This document shows, piece by piece, positions 1-9,940 of a stretch of 64,000 nucleotides of DNA. Both the position numbers and the translations under genes were made by a program. The DNA is taken from NCBI GenBank assembly GCA_040954595.2, contig JBECUI020000041.1, forward strand, positions 41,106 through 105,105, in the 5' to 3' direction. The notes beneath the pieces are model-generated. The model saw only the letters and a program-made list of their open reading frames with translations. It made no database searches and had not been told where the DNA came from. Source of the DNA: Balanoglossus misakiensis (lineage: Eukaryota > Animalia > Hemichordata). How positions within the stretch are numbered: the stretch's first letter is position 1; every line of letters begins with the position of its first letter.

Positions 1-193
1 TCGAAGCATCGTCGTCACCCGAAGCGCCCCCTTGGCGCACCCACTCGTCCACCTCGGAGAGCTTGAATTTCCAGAGGCGGCCGACCTTGTGGGCAGGTAG
101 ACCCTTGTGTTCGATCCAGCGGTAGACGGAGTCCTTCGCGACACTGAGGTGTTTCGCGACGTCTTCGACAGAAACCCAGGGTTCGGTGGACAT
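1..193 (-). CDS. Excisionase-like helix-turn-helix DNA-binding protein (runs off window edge)
   Basis: Manual translation from ATG at 193: MSTEPWVSVEDVAKHLSVAKDSVYRWIEHKGLPAHKVGRLWKFKLSEVDEWVRQGG..., a typical HTH_17 pattern. GAGAGGA RBS upstream. Absent from the ORF track because there is no stop in the window. Confidence 0.85.
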   Translation of the reverse strand, partial: MSTEPWVSVEDVAKHLSVAKDSVYRWIEHKGLPAHKVGRLWKFKLSEVDEWVRQGGASGDDDAS

Positions 194-398
194 CATTCCT
201 CTCGGCGCTTGCTACGGATACGCCGGGAGGGAGCCGGTCCCCCAACATCCAGCGAAACCATAGGTTGCTACAGTTGGCGGGATGGTATCACTGCAGAACT
301 CAACGCACAATAGCGTAGTTATGCTATCTTATGCAGACCAAAGTCGGTCAAAGCTGTCTTGAGCGGGACGTAATCACTCTAACATATTGATATTACAG

Positions 399-1721
399 GG
401 TAGTGTCAAGAATTTGCGCACTTTCAAATCTCCAATGTTGAAAGAGCCTAACGTACATCTTGCCTTATCGCTTCAAGTAAGTCCATATTCAAATACTTTT
501 CTGTACTCCATTTTGTTCCCATGATGTACCTGAGCCTGGCAGCTGATAGCATAAGGGCTGAATCCCCATCGGGGAAATGTTCTGCTAGTATGGTTCTGCG
601 AACCAGGGTTCTGCGAACCAGGGTTCTGCGTTTGATTTCTTTCATGATTCTTTCAAGAGGATTAGTCCTGATCCGAATCCAATGTTCCTGAGGGAAATAC
701 CTATGCTCAAAAGTTTCGTGGATATAGTTTCTCAGCACGTCAGCAGCCTTGGGAAGTTTCATATTGCGAAGTTTCGCTTCAATCAGTTGAGCCTTCTCAA
801 GAGCAGCATCACGATCTTCTTGCGCATGAATTGTCAGGCATTGCTGCAACTTCACGGACCTTCGCACGGGGAACCACCTGGAATACATTCCGGTAATCGT
901 GAACAACGCATCGTTGCCATCGTGCTTTGGGGAAAAACTCTTCGATGGATTCAGGCCAACCCGATGCATTTGTCGCTTATGAAAAGCTTTAGTATCCTTA
1001 AGCCCTTGGGTTGTTACGTGTGCAAGAAAGTTGCTCCATCCAGCTTTATCTTCCTTTTCACCTTCAAGAAGGCCTAAAACACTACGATATCCGCTTTCTG
1101 AGACGCCTATCGCTACCAGAATGCTCACATTTCTCAACTTTTCCAGCCCATGAGCGCTTATTGATTCTCTACTAAGAGATCCTGGTTCAAATTGCTCATT
1201 GTCCCAGGGCTTTACCTTGCTTCCCCAAAGGGCGCCTCGGTAATATCTTTAACTCGGTGCACTGAAACACCGGCTAGGTAGATTTCAACTAAGGCTTCTT
1301 CAACGGATGTTTCCCGGCGTTTATAACGCTCAATAATTGCTGTTTCGAATGGAAGCCGAAGTAGGGACAGGTCGCGACCTGTCCCTACTCTTGAAAGCAG
1401 TGATATCCAACTTCCTGGTGTAATGTCCAGCACGAGTATCTTTTCGTGCATCCGTAGGTTCGTATTTTTCAGCCTGAAGTAAAAAATCTACCTCTGCATT
1501 GAGCATGGCATTCAAGGTTCCCTCTACGGTTGTTTTAACCATTTGGCTTAACTTGCTCTGTACAAGACCTTCATCGATCTGTATGATCTTTCCCGTGGGG
1601 TCTTTTTCTGACCTCATTTTGTCCTCCGTGTGAATGGTTTTACATTCGATTCCATGTCAACATTGGAGGACATTTTTTTTCAATGCCTTTTTAGAATGTG
1701 CGCAATTTTTTAAACACTACC
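399..1721 (-). mobile_element. IS256-family element, full length but with frameshifted transposase
   Basis: Imperfect terminal IRs GGTAGTGTCAAGAATTTGCGCAC (399) and the reverse complement of GGTAGTGTTTAAAAAATTGCGCAC (ending 1721). Transposase motifs are spread over 3 ORFs (GHYTRKL, FETAIIERYKRRETSVEEALVEIYLAGVS, HWIRIRTNPLERIMKEIKRRT). No target-site duplication. Confidence 0.9.
1360..1387. repeat. Perfect 28-bp GTAG palindrome (REP-like) inside the IS256 transposase
   Basis: GTAGGGACAGGTCGCGACCTGTCCCTAC is its own reverse complement. Confidence 0.85.
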
Positions 1722-1989
1722 TTTTTTGGGGGTAGCGTTCGCGGGGGGGGAATGCTACCCTCGGCGTACGGGGGCATCGCCTTGCTGGCTTTCGGAGCTC
1801 AGGAGATCACACCCAGGCCGTCTTGGCCGCCAAAAAACAGCCGACCTTGCTCTCAGAAGCCGACTTCGGGGGGAGATCACCATGCCTTGCTTAACTCAAC
1901 CTGCGAGACGATCGCGTTGCTTTACAGCCGTGGTTCGTACCGATGGCTCAGCATGCTTCCATCGAACCGCAACTGGGAGCTACGACCCG

Positions 1990-2290
1990 ATGAAGAAGCC
2001 ACCGAAACCAGAGAACGAAGCTGAGTGCCTCGCGAGTCTCAAGGAACTCGCCATCCTCGACACTCTGGCCGAGGAACACTACCGATCGCATCACTCGGTT
2101 GGTGAAAAAGTCTCTAAACACCAAGATCTCGGTCATCTCCCTGGTCGACAGCGAACGGCCATGGTTCAAATCGGTCCCGCGGGCTCTCAGCCTCAGAGAC
2201 CCCGCGGGACATCTCGTTTTGCGGTCAGGCCATTCTGGATGAAGAGGCCTTCGTCATTCCCGATGCCACAAAGAATGAGCACTTCGCCCA
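1990..2290 (+). pseudogene. N-terminal GAF-domain fragment of a sensor protein
   Basis: MKKPPKPENEAECLASLKELAILDTLAEEH, then in another frame ITRLVKKSLNTKISVISLVDSERPWFKS and later FVIPDATKNE. Frameshifted. Confidence 0.7.
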
Positions 2291-2493
2291 GATCGGCGTT
2301 GGCTGGGTGCTACGAGAGCTGTCCATCGCAGACCGGGAGGTTCGCAGAAGAGCACGCAGCGCCTCTGTTTCGCGAGGGGAGGAAGTACATCGTCGAGAAG
2401 ATGCCCGCGAGCAATAAAAGGTGCATGCTGGTGCTCCACAAGCGGGCCACTGCGGGTCGCCCCACTGCTTCCAAGCGAGGTTCGAGCCGATGA
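2277..2493 (+). pseudogene. 3' fragment of an AlkD-like DNA alkylation repair gene
   Basis: EHFAQIGVGWVLRELSIADRE / FAEEHAAPLFREGRKYIVEKMPASNKR aligns with the C-terminus of 53801..54616. Its stop overlaps the GNAT ATG (ATGA). Confidence 0.8.
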
Positions 2494-3011
2494 CCCCGGC
2501 CAGCAAAGGTCTCACGCTCCGCAAGGCGGTCCCTGCCGATCTCACCTTACTCCAGCACTGGGACGAGCAACCGCATGTCATCGAGTCGGATCCCAACGAC
2601 GACTGGAACTGGGAAGTTGAGCTCGCACGCGACCCAAGCTGGCGGGAACAGCTCATTGCCGAGGTCGATGCTGTGCCGATTGGCTGCATACAGATCATCG
2701 ACCCGGCACGGGAGGACAGCCACTACTGGGGTGAATGTCCGAACGGCCTGCGCGCCATCGACATTTGGATCGGCGAGAGAGCTTACCTGGGCCACGGCTT
2801 CGGCACGCAGATGATGAGGCTGGCCATCGAGCGGTGCTTCGCAGACCCATCGGTCCACGCCATTTTGATCGACCCACTCACCACCAATGTCCGTGCCCGT
2901 CGCTTCTACGAGCACCTTGGTTTTCGCTTCGTCGAAGACCGTCTATTCGGGGACGAAGACTGTGCGGTGTACCAACTTGACCGCCTTTCCTGGGCTGCGC
3001 GCCGTGATTAG
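2490..3011 (+). CDS. GNAT N-acetyltransferase (AAC(6')-like subgroup)
   Basis: IDIWIGERAYLGHGFGTQMM acetyl-CoA motif and ILIDPLTTNVRARRFYEHLGF. Confidence 0.85.
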   Translation: MTPASKGLTLRKAVPADLTLLQHWDEQPHVIESDPNDDWNWEVELARDPSWREQLIAEVDAVPIGCIQIIDPAREDSHYWGECPNGLRAIDIWIGERAYLGHGFGTQMMRLAIERCFADPSVHAILIDPLTTNVRARRFYEHLGFRFVEDRLFGDEDCAVYQLDRLSWAARRD

Positions 3012-3075
3012 CGACGGGCCTGAGATGCTGCTCGGCGTGTCCAACCGCTCCGATGCGATGGGCGTCCTCACCAAT

Positions 3076-3694
3076 GTAGTATCAAAAATCTTACGCACTT
3101 TCAAATCTCCAATGTTGAAAGAGCCTAACGTAGATCTTGCCCATCGCTTTAAGTAAGTCCATTCATGATTCTTTCAAGAGGATTAGTCCTGATCCGAATC
3201 CAATGTTCCTGAGGGAAATACCTATGCTCAAAAGTTTCGTGGATATAGTTTCTCAGCATGTCAGCAGCCTTGGGAAGTTTCATATTGCGGAGTTTCGCTT
3301 CAATCAGTTGAGCCTTCTCAAGAGCAGCATCACGATCTTCTTGCGCATGAATTGTCAGGCATTGCTGCAACTTCACGGACCTTCGCACGGGGAACTACCT
3401 GGAATACATTCCGGTAATAGTGAACAACGCATCGTTGCCATCGTGCTTTGGGGAAAAACTCTTCGATGGATTCAGGCCAACCCGATGCATTTGTCGCTTA
3501 TGAAGAGCTTTAGTATCCTTAAGCCCTTGGGTTGTTACGTGTGCAAGAAAGTTGCTCCATCCAGCTTTATCTTCCTTTTCACCTTCAAGAAGGCCTAAAA
3601 CACTACGATATCCGCTTTCTGAGACGCCTATCGCTACCAGAAGGCTCACATTTCTCAACTTCTCCAGCCCATGAGCGCTTGAGGATTGTCCCAT
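3076..3694 (-). mobile_element. Partial IS256 copy (one IR end, internal deletion)
   Basis: Near-identical to 400-1157 but lacking roughly 487-640. Degenerate IR GTAGTATCAAAAATCTTACGCAC. Confidence 0.88.
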
Positions 3695-3752
3695 CCAGAT
3701 TCGCTAAGGATAATGTGGCGTTTTTGTTGTGCTCGCTGTAGAAGTATAATTC

Positions 3753-4112
3753 CTATACTTCTACCTCTCTAATCATTATCAGCAACATCTTGAATCGTTT
3801 AAGAGCATTGACCGCATGAGGAATATCGGCTGGCATCAGAACTGTTTGGCCTGATTGCGCGATCACTTTTTCTCCACCGATGACTAGCTCGGCCTGGCCT
3901 TCAAGAATCTGGACAATAGCGTCAAACGGAGCGCTGTGCTCCGACAAGGACTGACCAGCATCGAAGGCAAACAGGGTCAAAGTGCCTCCGTTTCTTTGCG
4001 CGAGTGTTCGGCTTACAACCGATCCTTCTTGATAGTCAGCCAATCTGGACAACTCAACGGGTTTCGCCGAAGGCATCCCGCTGGATTTTTCATTCTTTGA
4101 TTTTTCGTTCAT
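3753..4112 (-). CDS. Cupin domain protein
   Basis: TLFAFDAGQSLSEHSAPFDA...MPADIPHAV cupin motifs. GGAGG RBS before ATG at 4112. Confidence 0.88.
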   Translation of the reverse strand: MNEKSKNEKSSGMPSAKPVELSRLADYQEGSVVSRTLAQRNGGTLTLFAFDAGQSLSEHSAPFDAIVQILEGQAELVIGGEKVIAQSGQTVLMPADIPHAVNALKRFKMLLIMIREVEV

Positions 4113-4129
4113 CGGACAAAACCTCCTTA

Positions 4130-4740
4130 CTAATTCTTTTTGCTGGTTACGGCAGGGTAAAGCATCTTTTGAATCGCTTGCCACACCTCTTGCGATGGGT
4201 TTTGGACAGCACGTTTGGAAGTCATGCGTGTGCTGGAATGACCAATCGAAAGAATCGATCTCAGGATAATTATCGCTATCACCTCCGGGCTGATTTCATC
4301 TGGGATCAATTTCTGTTTCACGCATTCTTGCAGACATTGCTTCACCAATACCTGTGATCTTTTTGTCAACCCTTTGATACGGGCAGGAATTTTTCGCCGC
4401 CACGATGGGATAGATGATCAGATAGCAGTATCTGCGACATCGCTGTGTTACTGGCTGCAACCTGAATTCTTTTGTGGAAGAATTGTTCGAGCTGTTCAAA
4501 TGGCGTATAGCCCCAGGGAGAGAAATCCTCAAATAGGATCCCTTCCTATCGATAACGGCGTCTACGATTTCATCCATGCTCGCAAAGTGACGGAAGATGG
4601 CCCCGCTGTCACACCATTTTGTCAGCGATAAGCCGGGCCGTGAATTTTTTTGCGCCCTTGCGAGCGATCATGGTCATCGCAGCATCGACAATTTCCGCTT
4701 TTCGAGTCTCAGAGGGCTTTGACTTCATCAATTTTTCCAT
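4130..4740 (-). pseudogene. TetR-family regulator, frameshifted with internal stop
   Basis: MKSKPSETRKAEIVDAAMTMIARKGAKKFTARLIADKMV* then AIFRHFASMDEIVDAV, the TetR HTH split over frames. Confidence 0.75.
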
Positions 4741-5148
4741 CCCGATTCGGGCCGCTTGACATACTATATATAAAAAAGTACTTACTTACAATAATAATGG
4801 ATAAGTACTTAGAATAAAAATCGTGCTATGCTCTCAAAATAAAGACCTTACTTAAGGAACACATTTACATTGTGTTTGGCGGCCAAATTGGAGGCAGCCA
4901 TGAGATATAAAGACTAAGCATGAACGGTTCAACGAAGAACTCAGGCAGACTCACTCGGTTGAAGCGCCCAGGGCAACCCATGCCGGGGTTTGTTTCCGAG
5001 GTGCTGCAAGCATCGGGATTGATTGAAGCCCATACACAGCCTCTCCCCCTAGCATCAGATGCTCGACTGGCTCGGGGGCCAGATTGCTAGAGGGGCATGG
5101 ATCAACGGGGACCCTCCACTCAAGCCGGGAAGCGGTAAGGAGAAAGAG

Positions 5149-5562
5149 ATGATAATAAGAGGAATCACACCCTACCTGCAGGTTAGCAAGACCGGTGATG
5201 GAATTTCTTGGTACGAGCAGGTCTTGGGGGCTAAGGAAGTCCGGGAGCGTTTGGTGGTGCCAGAGGGCACAGGCATGAATGCGGAGATCGAGAGGGAAGG
5301 CACCCGCATCATCTTGGCCGACGAGATGCCCAAGTTTGGTTCCAGAAGACCTGCTACGCTCAAGGATAGGTCCGTCGTTCTCGACCTGCATGCCGCCGAC
5401 TCGGAGGCGACGTTTCAGCGAGCGATTGAAGCCGGTGCCGAGGAAATCCATCCCCTTGCAGACCAGTTCTACGGAGTTCGGGCTGGGCCTGTAGGAGACC
5501 CATTTGGCCGCCTCTGGATCATCGCCACTCAAATCCGCAACGTGCCGGAGGCAGAATGCTAG
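5149..5562 (+). CDS. VOC/glyoxalase (PhnB-like) protein
   Basis: ITPYLQV...WYEQVLGA...ADQFYGVRAGPVGDPFGRLW. AAGGAG RBS. Confidence 0.85.
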   Translation: MIIRGITPYLQVSKTGDGISWYEQVLGAKEVRERLVVPEGTGMNAEIEREGTRIILADEMPKFGSRRPATLKDRSVVLDLHAADSEATFQRAIEAGAEEIHPLADQFYGVRAGPVGDPFGRLWIIATQIRNVPEAEC

Positions 5563-5930
5563 ACAAACCCAAGACCATAGACGACTACCTGGCGACCGTC
5601 GATGGGGCCAAGCGGGACGCGCTTTGGGTGCTGAGAGAGCAAATTCTCAAGGCGGCGCCAGATGCCGAGGCATGCATTAGCTACGGACAGCCCGCGTTTA
5701 GTAAGGGGCGCGTGATCTGCGGCTTGGGTGCCACGAAGAAACACTGCGCGTTCTACATGTTCAGCGGAAGCTCACTGTATCCCTTCGCCAAGGAGCTGAA
5801 GGACTACGACATCAGCAAGGGCAGCAGTCACTTCCAGCCCGACCATCCGCTGCCGCCCTCACTTGTCCGAAAACTGCTGGAAGCCCGCCTTGCTGAAAAC
5901 AATGCGGCGAACAAGAAGAAGCACGAGTGA
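5556..5930 (+). CDS. DUF1801/YdhG-like protein
   Basis: TIDDYLA...APDAEACISYGQPAF...ATKKHCAFY...PLPPSLVRKLLEARLAEN. Confidence 0.85.
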   Translation: MLDKPKTIDDYLATVDGAKRDALWVLREQILKAAPDAEACISYGQPAFSKGRVICGLGATKKHCAFYMFSGSSLYPFAKELKDYDISKGSSHFQPDHPLPPSLVRKLLEARLAENNAANKKKHE

Positions 5931-5941
5931 TAAGCTGCCGC

Positions 5942-6400
5942 CTACGGAATCAGCTCAAAGAAGTCAAAGCTGAGCGTCTCAGACTCAAAGACCTTCTCGT
6001 CGGACTCCTTGTCCCAGTCGCCGGCGCCGAACTTCAGGGGCCAGACGCCAGAGAGGGACCAGCGGCGCAGGGTGCTGCCCTTGCGGTCCTGCTGCACGAT
6101 GTCGATGTTGCGCTTGTCCTTGACGTCGGTGAGGCCGAGGCCGCTCAAGGTGAGCGCCAGGTCCTGGAACCAGTCGAAGAGGTCCCGGTCCTAGGTGGCG
6201 AATCTTTTGAGGTTCACCTCTGCAAGCGCCAGCCGGCCAGGACTCTTGTTGGTAAGGAACCAACCGCCATCGAAGTACTGGACCTCCGCCACCTCCACCG
6301 AGAGCTCGCTGCACTTCTGAAAGCCAGCATGACCGATGTCGTCGATCTCGGCGATGCACGTGAACTTCTGGTGGAAGCTCCTGGGATTCCCGACGACCGC
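5942..6400 (-). pseudogene. T4 gp19-like contractile tail tube protein (phage/eCIS), start lost, one in-frame stop
   Basis: One frame reads AVVGNPRSFHQKFTCIAEIDDIGHAGFQKCSELSVEVAEVQYFDGG...[28 protein letters not shown]...[29 protein letters not shown]...[15 protein letters not shown] at 6191-6193. Confidence 0.85.
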
Positions 6401-6577
6401 CGGGGCAAGTGCCTGCTGTTGACCGATGCCGGGCAGCAGGGGCGAAAGGGATACTGCTGCCTCGCCACTGAAGTACTTCTCGATGCCAGAGAGGAGGACT
6501 ACGACGCCTTCAGTCCTTCCTTCGGCACAGCATCGACACCTCGGAGACAGGCTATGGTTGAGGAGGGGACCCCATGA
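6389..6577 (+). pseudogene. C-terminal fragment of a MarR-family regulator
   Basis: PDDRRGKCLLLTDAG matches the MarR wing motif DxR....LTxxG. Directly precedes the oxidoreductase-MATE pair. Confidence 0.55.
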
Positions 6578-7086
6578 GACTGCTAATCTTGAGAGCCAAG
6601 GGTCCTGTCGGAAAACTGCTCACAGGGCAAGCTCTCTCAGAGGGACAGGAGGTCAGCGCCCTCAGCCAGTACCCGGAGCTGTTCCACATTGAGCACGACC
6701 GCCTGGCCGTGTTGTCCGGCGACATCTTCAACTCTGCCGATCTGTCGTGGGTTGTCAAAGGCCACGAGGCAATGGGTGAGCTCGGGCTGCGCCGCCTGGT
6801 CTGCGGCACTTCGGGTGGAAGCAAGCCACGTTTCCACCCCGCCGAGGGCATCGTCTTGGGGCTTGTCCTCAAGCAACTCATAGGCCGCACTCTGTACGCA
6901 GACATGAATCGAATGGCACAGATCGTGGATGCGCCGGCGGTCAGCGCCTATCGCCTGGCCGAGAAGTACATGGTCCCCGGCATGACCAAGACGGCCCGGA
7001 TCGGTCTCGCAGATTTCATGCCCAAGGAAGCGGTGAACCCGAGCCATCTCCGCAAAGGCTTGGCCATTGTGACTCCCGGAACATGA
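6574..7086 (+). CDS. NAD(P)-binding oxidoreductase (Rossmann fold), degenerate and probably internally deleted
   Basis: MRLLILRAKGPVGKLL (eroded GATGxxG), LAVLSGDIFN, LYADMNRM, IGLADFM. Confidence 0.65.
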   Translation: MRLLILRAKGPVGKLLTGQALSEGQEVSALSQYPELFHIEHDRLAVLSGDIFNSADLSWVVKGHEAMGELGLRRLVCGTSGGSKPRFHPAEGIVLGLVLKQLIGRTLYADMNRMAQIVDAPAVSAYRLAEKYMVPGMTKTARIGLADFMPKEAVNPSHLRKGLAIVTPGT

Positions 7087-8447
7087 CCTCGCATCCGAAA
7101 CTCACCACAGGCCCCGTCGCTGCATCCCTGCTTCGCATCACCGGGCCGATGCTGGTGGCGATGATGGGGATGGTCGGCTTCAACATCGTCGACACATTCT
7201 TTGTCGGTAAGCTCGGGACCGATCAACTGGCCGCCATGTCCTTCACCTTCCCGGTGGTCTTCGTGATCGGCAGCCTCGCAATGGGGGTGAGCGTCGGTGC
7301 GGGTGCGCTCATATCCCGGACCATAGGCCTGAATGAACAGAAGAACGTCCGGCGCTACACCACGGACGCCCTGGTGCTGAGCCTCAGCATCGTATCGGTG
7401 ATGGTCGTGGTGGGGATGCTGACTATCGACCCCCTGTTCACGGCACTCGGTGCAAAGCCGCATCTGCTCCCTTTAATCAAAGAGTACATGCGCATTTGGT
7501 ACCTGGGTGTGCCCTTCATCGTCATCCCCATGGTGGGCAACGGCGCCATTCGTGCCACTGGCGACACGCGCACTCCAGCTGCGATCATGCTGGTTGCCGC
7601 CAGCGTGAATGTCGCACTCGATCCGCTGCTCATCTTCGGCGCCGGCCCCATTCCCGCCCTCGGTCTTCGGGGGGCCGCTCTGGCTACCGTGGGCGCCCGC
7701 GCCATGGCCTTGCTGGCAGCTCTGTACGTCCTGGGAATTCGCGAGCGGATGCTGACCTTCGCCCGCCCCACGCTGGCTGAGTTGCTGACCTCCTGGCGTG
7801 CGATTCTCTACATCGGTATGCCGGCCGCGCTGACGAACCTCATCGTCCCGGCCTCGATGGCGATGGTGACACGCCTGGTGGCCTCCTTCGGCGTCGCGGC
7901 CGTGGCTGGCTTTGGCGTTGCCACTCGTCTGGAGTTGATTCCGATCATGTTCATCAACGCCCTGGCCAGCGTGCTGGTACCCTTTGTTGGCCAGAACTGG
8001 GGAGCCGGTCGACTGGACCGTGCCAAGGCGGCGGTGCTGTTCAGCCATAGCTTTGCCATCATCGTCGGCGCCGTCGGCCTGTTGATAATGTTCATCGCGG
8101 GGGCTCCCATCGCCCGACTCTTCAACGACAACCCAGAGGTGATCAAAACGGTGCTGCTCTACGGACGAGTGGCGGGAATCGGCTGGGGGCTGCAAGGGGT
8201 GGTCGCGGTGTCGACCTCTGCCTTCAACGCGTTGAACAGGCCGCTCCCGTCCATAACGATTGCCCTGCTCCGCATGGCGGTTATCTACGTGCCCCTGGCC
8301 TGGGCCTTGTCGCAGTGGCTGGGCCTGCTGGGTGTCTTTGTCGCAGCGGCTGCGGCCAGCGTTATCGCAGGGGGGGCTGCCATCATCTGGGTGCGAGCGG
8401 TGATCGGCGGTCTCCCGAAAGAGGCGGTCACTCGAGCAGAGAGCTGA
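7083..8447 (+). CDS. MATE family efflux transporter
   Basis: 454 aa, about 12 hydrophobic segments, NIVDTFFVGKLG, RATGDTRTP, NVALDPLLIFG, GAALAT. Confidence 0.93.
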   Translation: MTSHPKLTTGPVAASLLRITGPMLVAMMGMVGFNIVDTFFVGKLGTDQLAAMSFTFPVVFVIGSLAMGVSVGAGALISRTIGLNEQKNVRRYTTDALVLSLSIVSVMVVVGMLTIDPLFTALGAKPHLLPLIKEYMRIWYLGVPFIVIPMVGNGAIRATGDTRTPAAIMLVAASVNVALDPLLIFGAGPIPALGLRGAALATVGARAMALLAALYVLGIRERMLTFARPTLAELLTSWRAILYIGMPAALTNLIVPASMAMVTRLVASFGVAAVAGFGVATRLELIPIMFINALASVLVPFVGQNWGAGRLDRAKAAVLFSHSFAIIVGAVGLLIMFIAGAPIARLFNDNPEVIKTVLLYGRVAGIGWGLQGVVAVSTSAFNALNRPLPSITIALLRMAVIYVPLAWALSQWLGLLGVFVAAAAASVIAGGAAIIWVRAVIGGLPKEAVTRAES

Positions 8448-8633
8448 AGCAGATCTGGACATCGATTCCTCAGGCGACGTCCTCGCTGGCGCCGCGAAGG
8501 TCCTCCTCCTGCCAGGGGCGAATCGGGAGCTTATTGAACGCAGGAATGCTATGCTGGGACTGTCTTTGGAAGATTTGCTCAAGGAGAAGCTGAGGGCTAT
8601 GCAGTCTTCTGCCGCAGAGACCTTGGAGTGGGC

Positions 8634-9539
8634 TTAAGACGAAGGGGGGATTTTTGTCTTTTTTTTAATGAGACTGAAGTTGCTTTCCGAGAGAATAACG
8701 GACCCGATGATGATGATTCCTCCGATGATTAAGTTGACGCTTAAGAGTTCAAATCCCAATATAATGGAGAAAAAACTGCCCCACAGCCCTTCGGTGGATA
8801 AGATGATGGCTGTTTTGGCGGCGGTGGTTTTTTTTTGGGCACGGGTTTGAAAAAGAAAACAGAGGCAGGTACTGAAGAGGGCCAAATAGATGATGGGGAA
8901 AATCCCTGCAGAAAAATCTGCGGCGGAAAAAGAGCCTCTGTCTCCAAGGAAGAGTACCAGCAGAGACAGGATGGCGGCCATGGCCATTTGAAGAAACGTA
9001 AGGATGCGGTAATCCATTACTTTTGCGGTGATGTCCAGGTAGGAGAGGTGCACAGCAAATAAAAAGGCACACAGTAAGGTCAGGGAGTCTCCTAAAGAGA
9101 AACGAAAGCCTGATTGCCGGGAATAGGTAAGAAGGGCTATGCCGAACATACAGCTTGCCGCCAAAAAGAAAACTTTAAGGGGGGGGCGTTTCCTTAAAAA
9201 GACCCAGGTAATAAAGGGTACCATGATAACGTTTGTGGCGGTTATAAAAGCGTTGTTAGACGGGGTTGTATAAAGAAGTCCTTGTGTTTGGGAAAAAAAG
9301 GCGAGGAATAAAAGCGTGCCTGCGCCGCCGCCTTGTATAAGATCCTTGCGGGTTATTTTTTTTAGCTGTTTAAAAAATACAAGTCCCAAAATTACTGTGG
9401 CGAGGGAAAACCGCATAGCCATAATCAGACTGGTGCTCATATTACTGTCTATGGCGTACTGTGTGGCGATAAAACCGGAGCCCCAAATCATGGCCACAAG
9501 TAAGAGAGATATGTCAGCTTTTAAGGTTGTCTTTTTCAT
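8634..9539 (-). CDS. DMT/EamA family transporter
   Basis: LLVAMIWGSGF, AMRFSLA, GDSLTLLCAFLFA. Two EamA repeats. Confidence 0.92.
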   Translation of the reverse strand: MKKTTLKADISLLLVAMIWGSGFIATQYAIDSNMSTSLIMAMRFSLATVILGLVFFKQLKKITRKDLIQGGGAGTLLFLAFFSQTQGLLYTTPSNNAFITATNVIMVPFITWVFLRKRPPLKVFFLAASCMFGIALLTYSRQSGFRFSLGDSLTLLCAFLFAVHLSYLDITAKVMDYRILTFLQMAMAAILSLLVLFLGDRGSFSAADFSAGIFPIIYLALFSTCLCFLFQTRAQKKTTAAKTAIILSTEGLWGSFFSIILGFELLSVNLIIGGIIIIGSVILSESNFSLIKKKTKIPPSS

Positions 9540-9940
9540 AGGGCTTTTCTTGTTAATGGTTATTTTCCGGGTTAATGCAGCAGGATTAGCCGGATGTTTT
9601 TTATGCCTCTTTTCCCTGAGTGTTTATGGCTCTCAACAGTGGGGTGATCATAGTGTTATTGGACTCTTGTGTCAAACTTTTCCGTCCTTATTTTTCCAGC
9701 ACTTTTTTTGGGGGGGCTAGCAAGTAAAAGCAACCTGTTCTTCGGCGAGCAGAGGTTGTTGCTCAGAAAATCCGGGCGAGCTTAGCCCTGGGGCTTTTGT
9801 TTGGCCAGGAATCGCAGCCTTTTGCGAGCACCGCCTCAAGTGAGCAGGGCCCCTTGGTTTACACAGCTCAGGCTGGCGATGATCTTCTTGACAGCGCATT
9901 TCAACTCCTGATAATCTTTTTAAGGAGGAAACGGGTTTGA

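Noticed and set aside
1726-2493. 255-aa ORF as a real fusion protein
   Set aside because: It passes in and out of frame of at least two unrelated fragments.
5927-6577. 216-aa + strand ORF
   Set aside because: Mostly the antisense shadow of the tail-tube pseudogene. Only the last ~60 codons look like a MarR fragment.
7473-8582. 369-aa - strand ORF
   Set aside because: Antisense to the GC-rich MATE gene, with no recognisable motifs.
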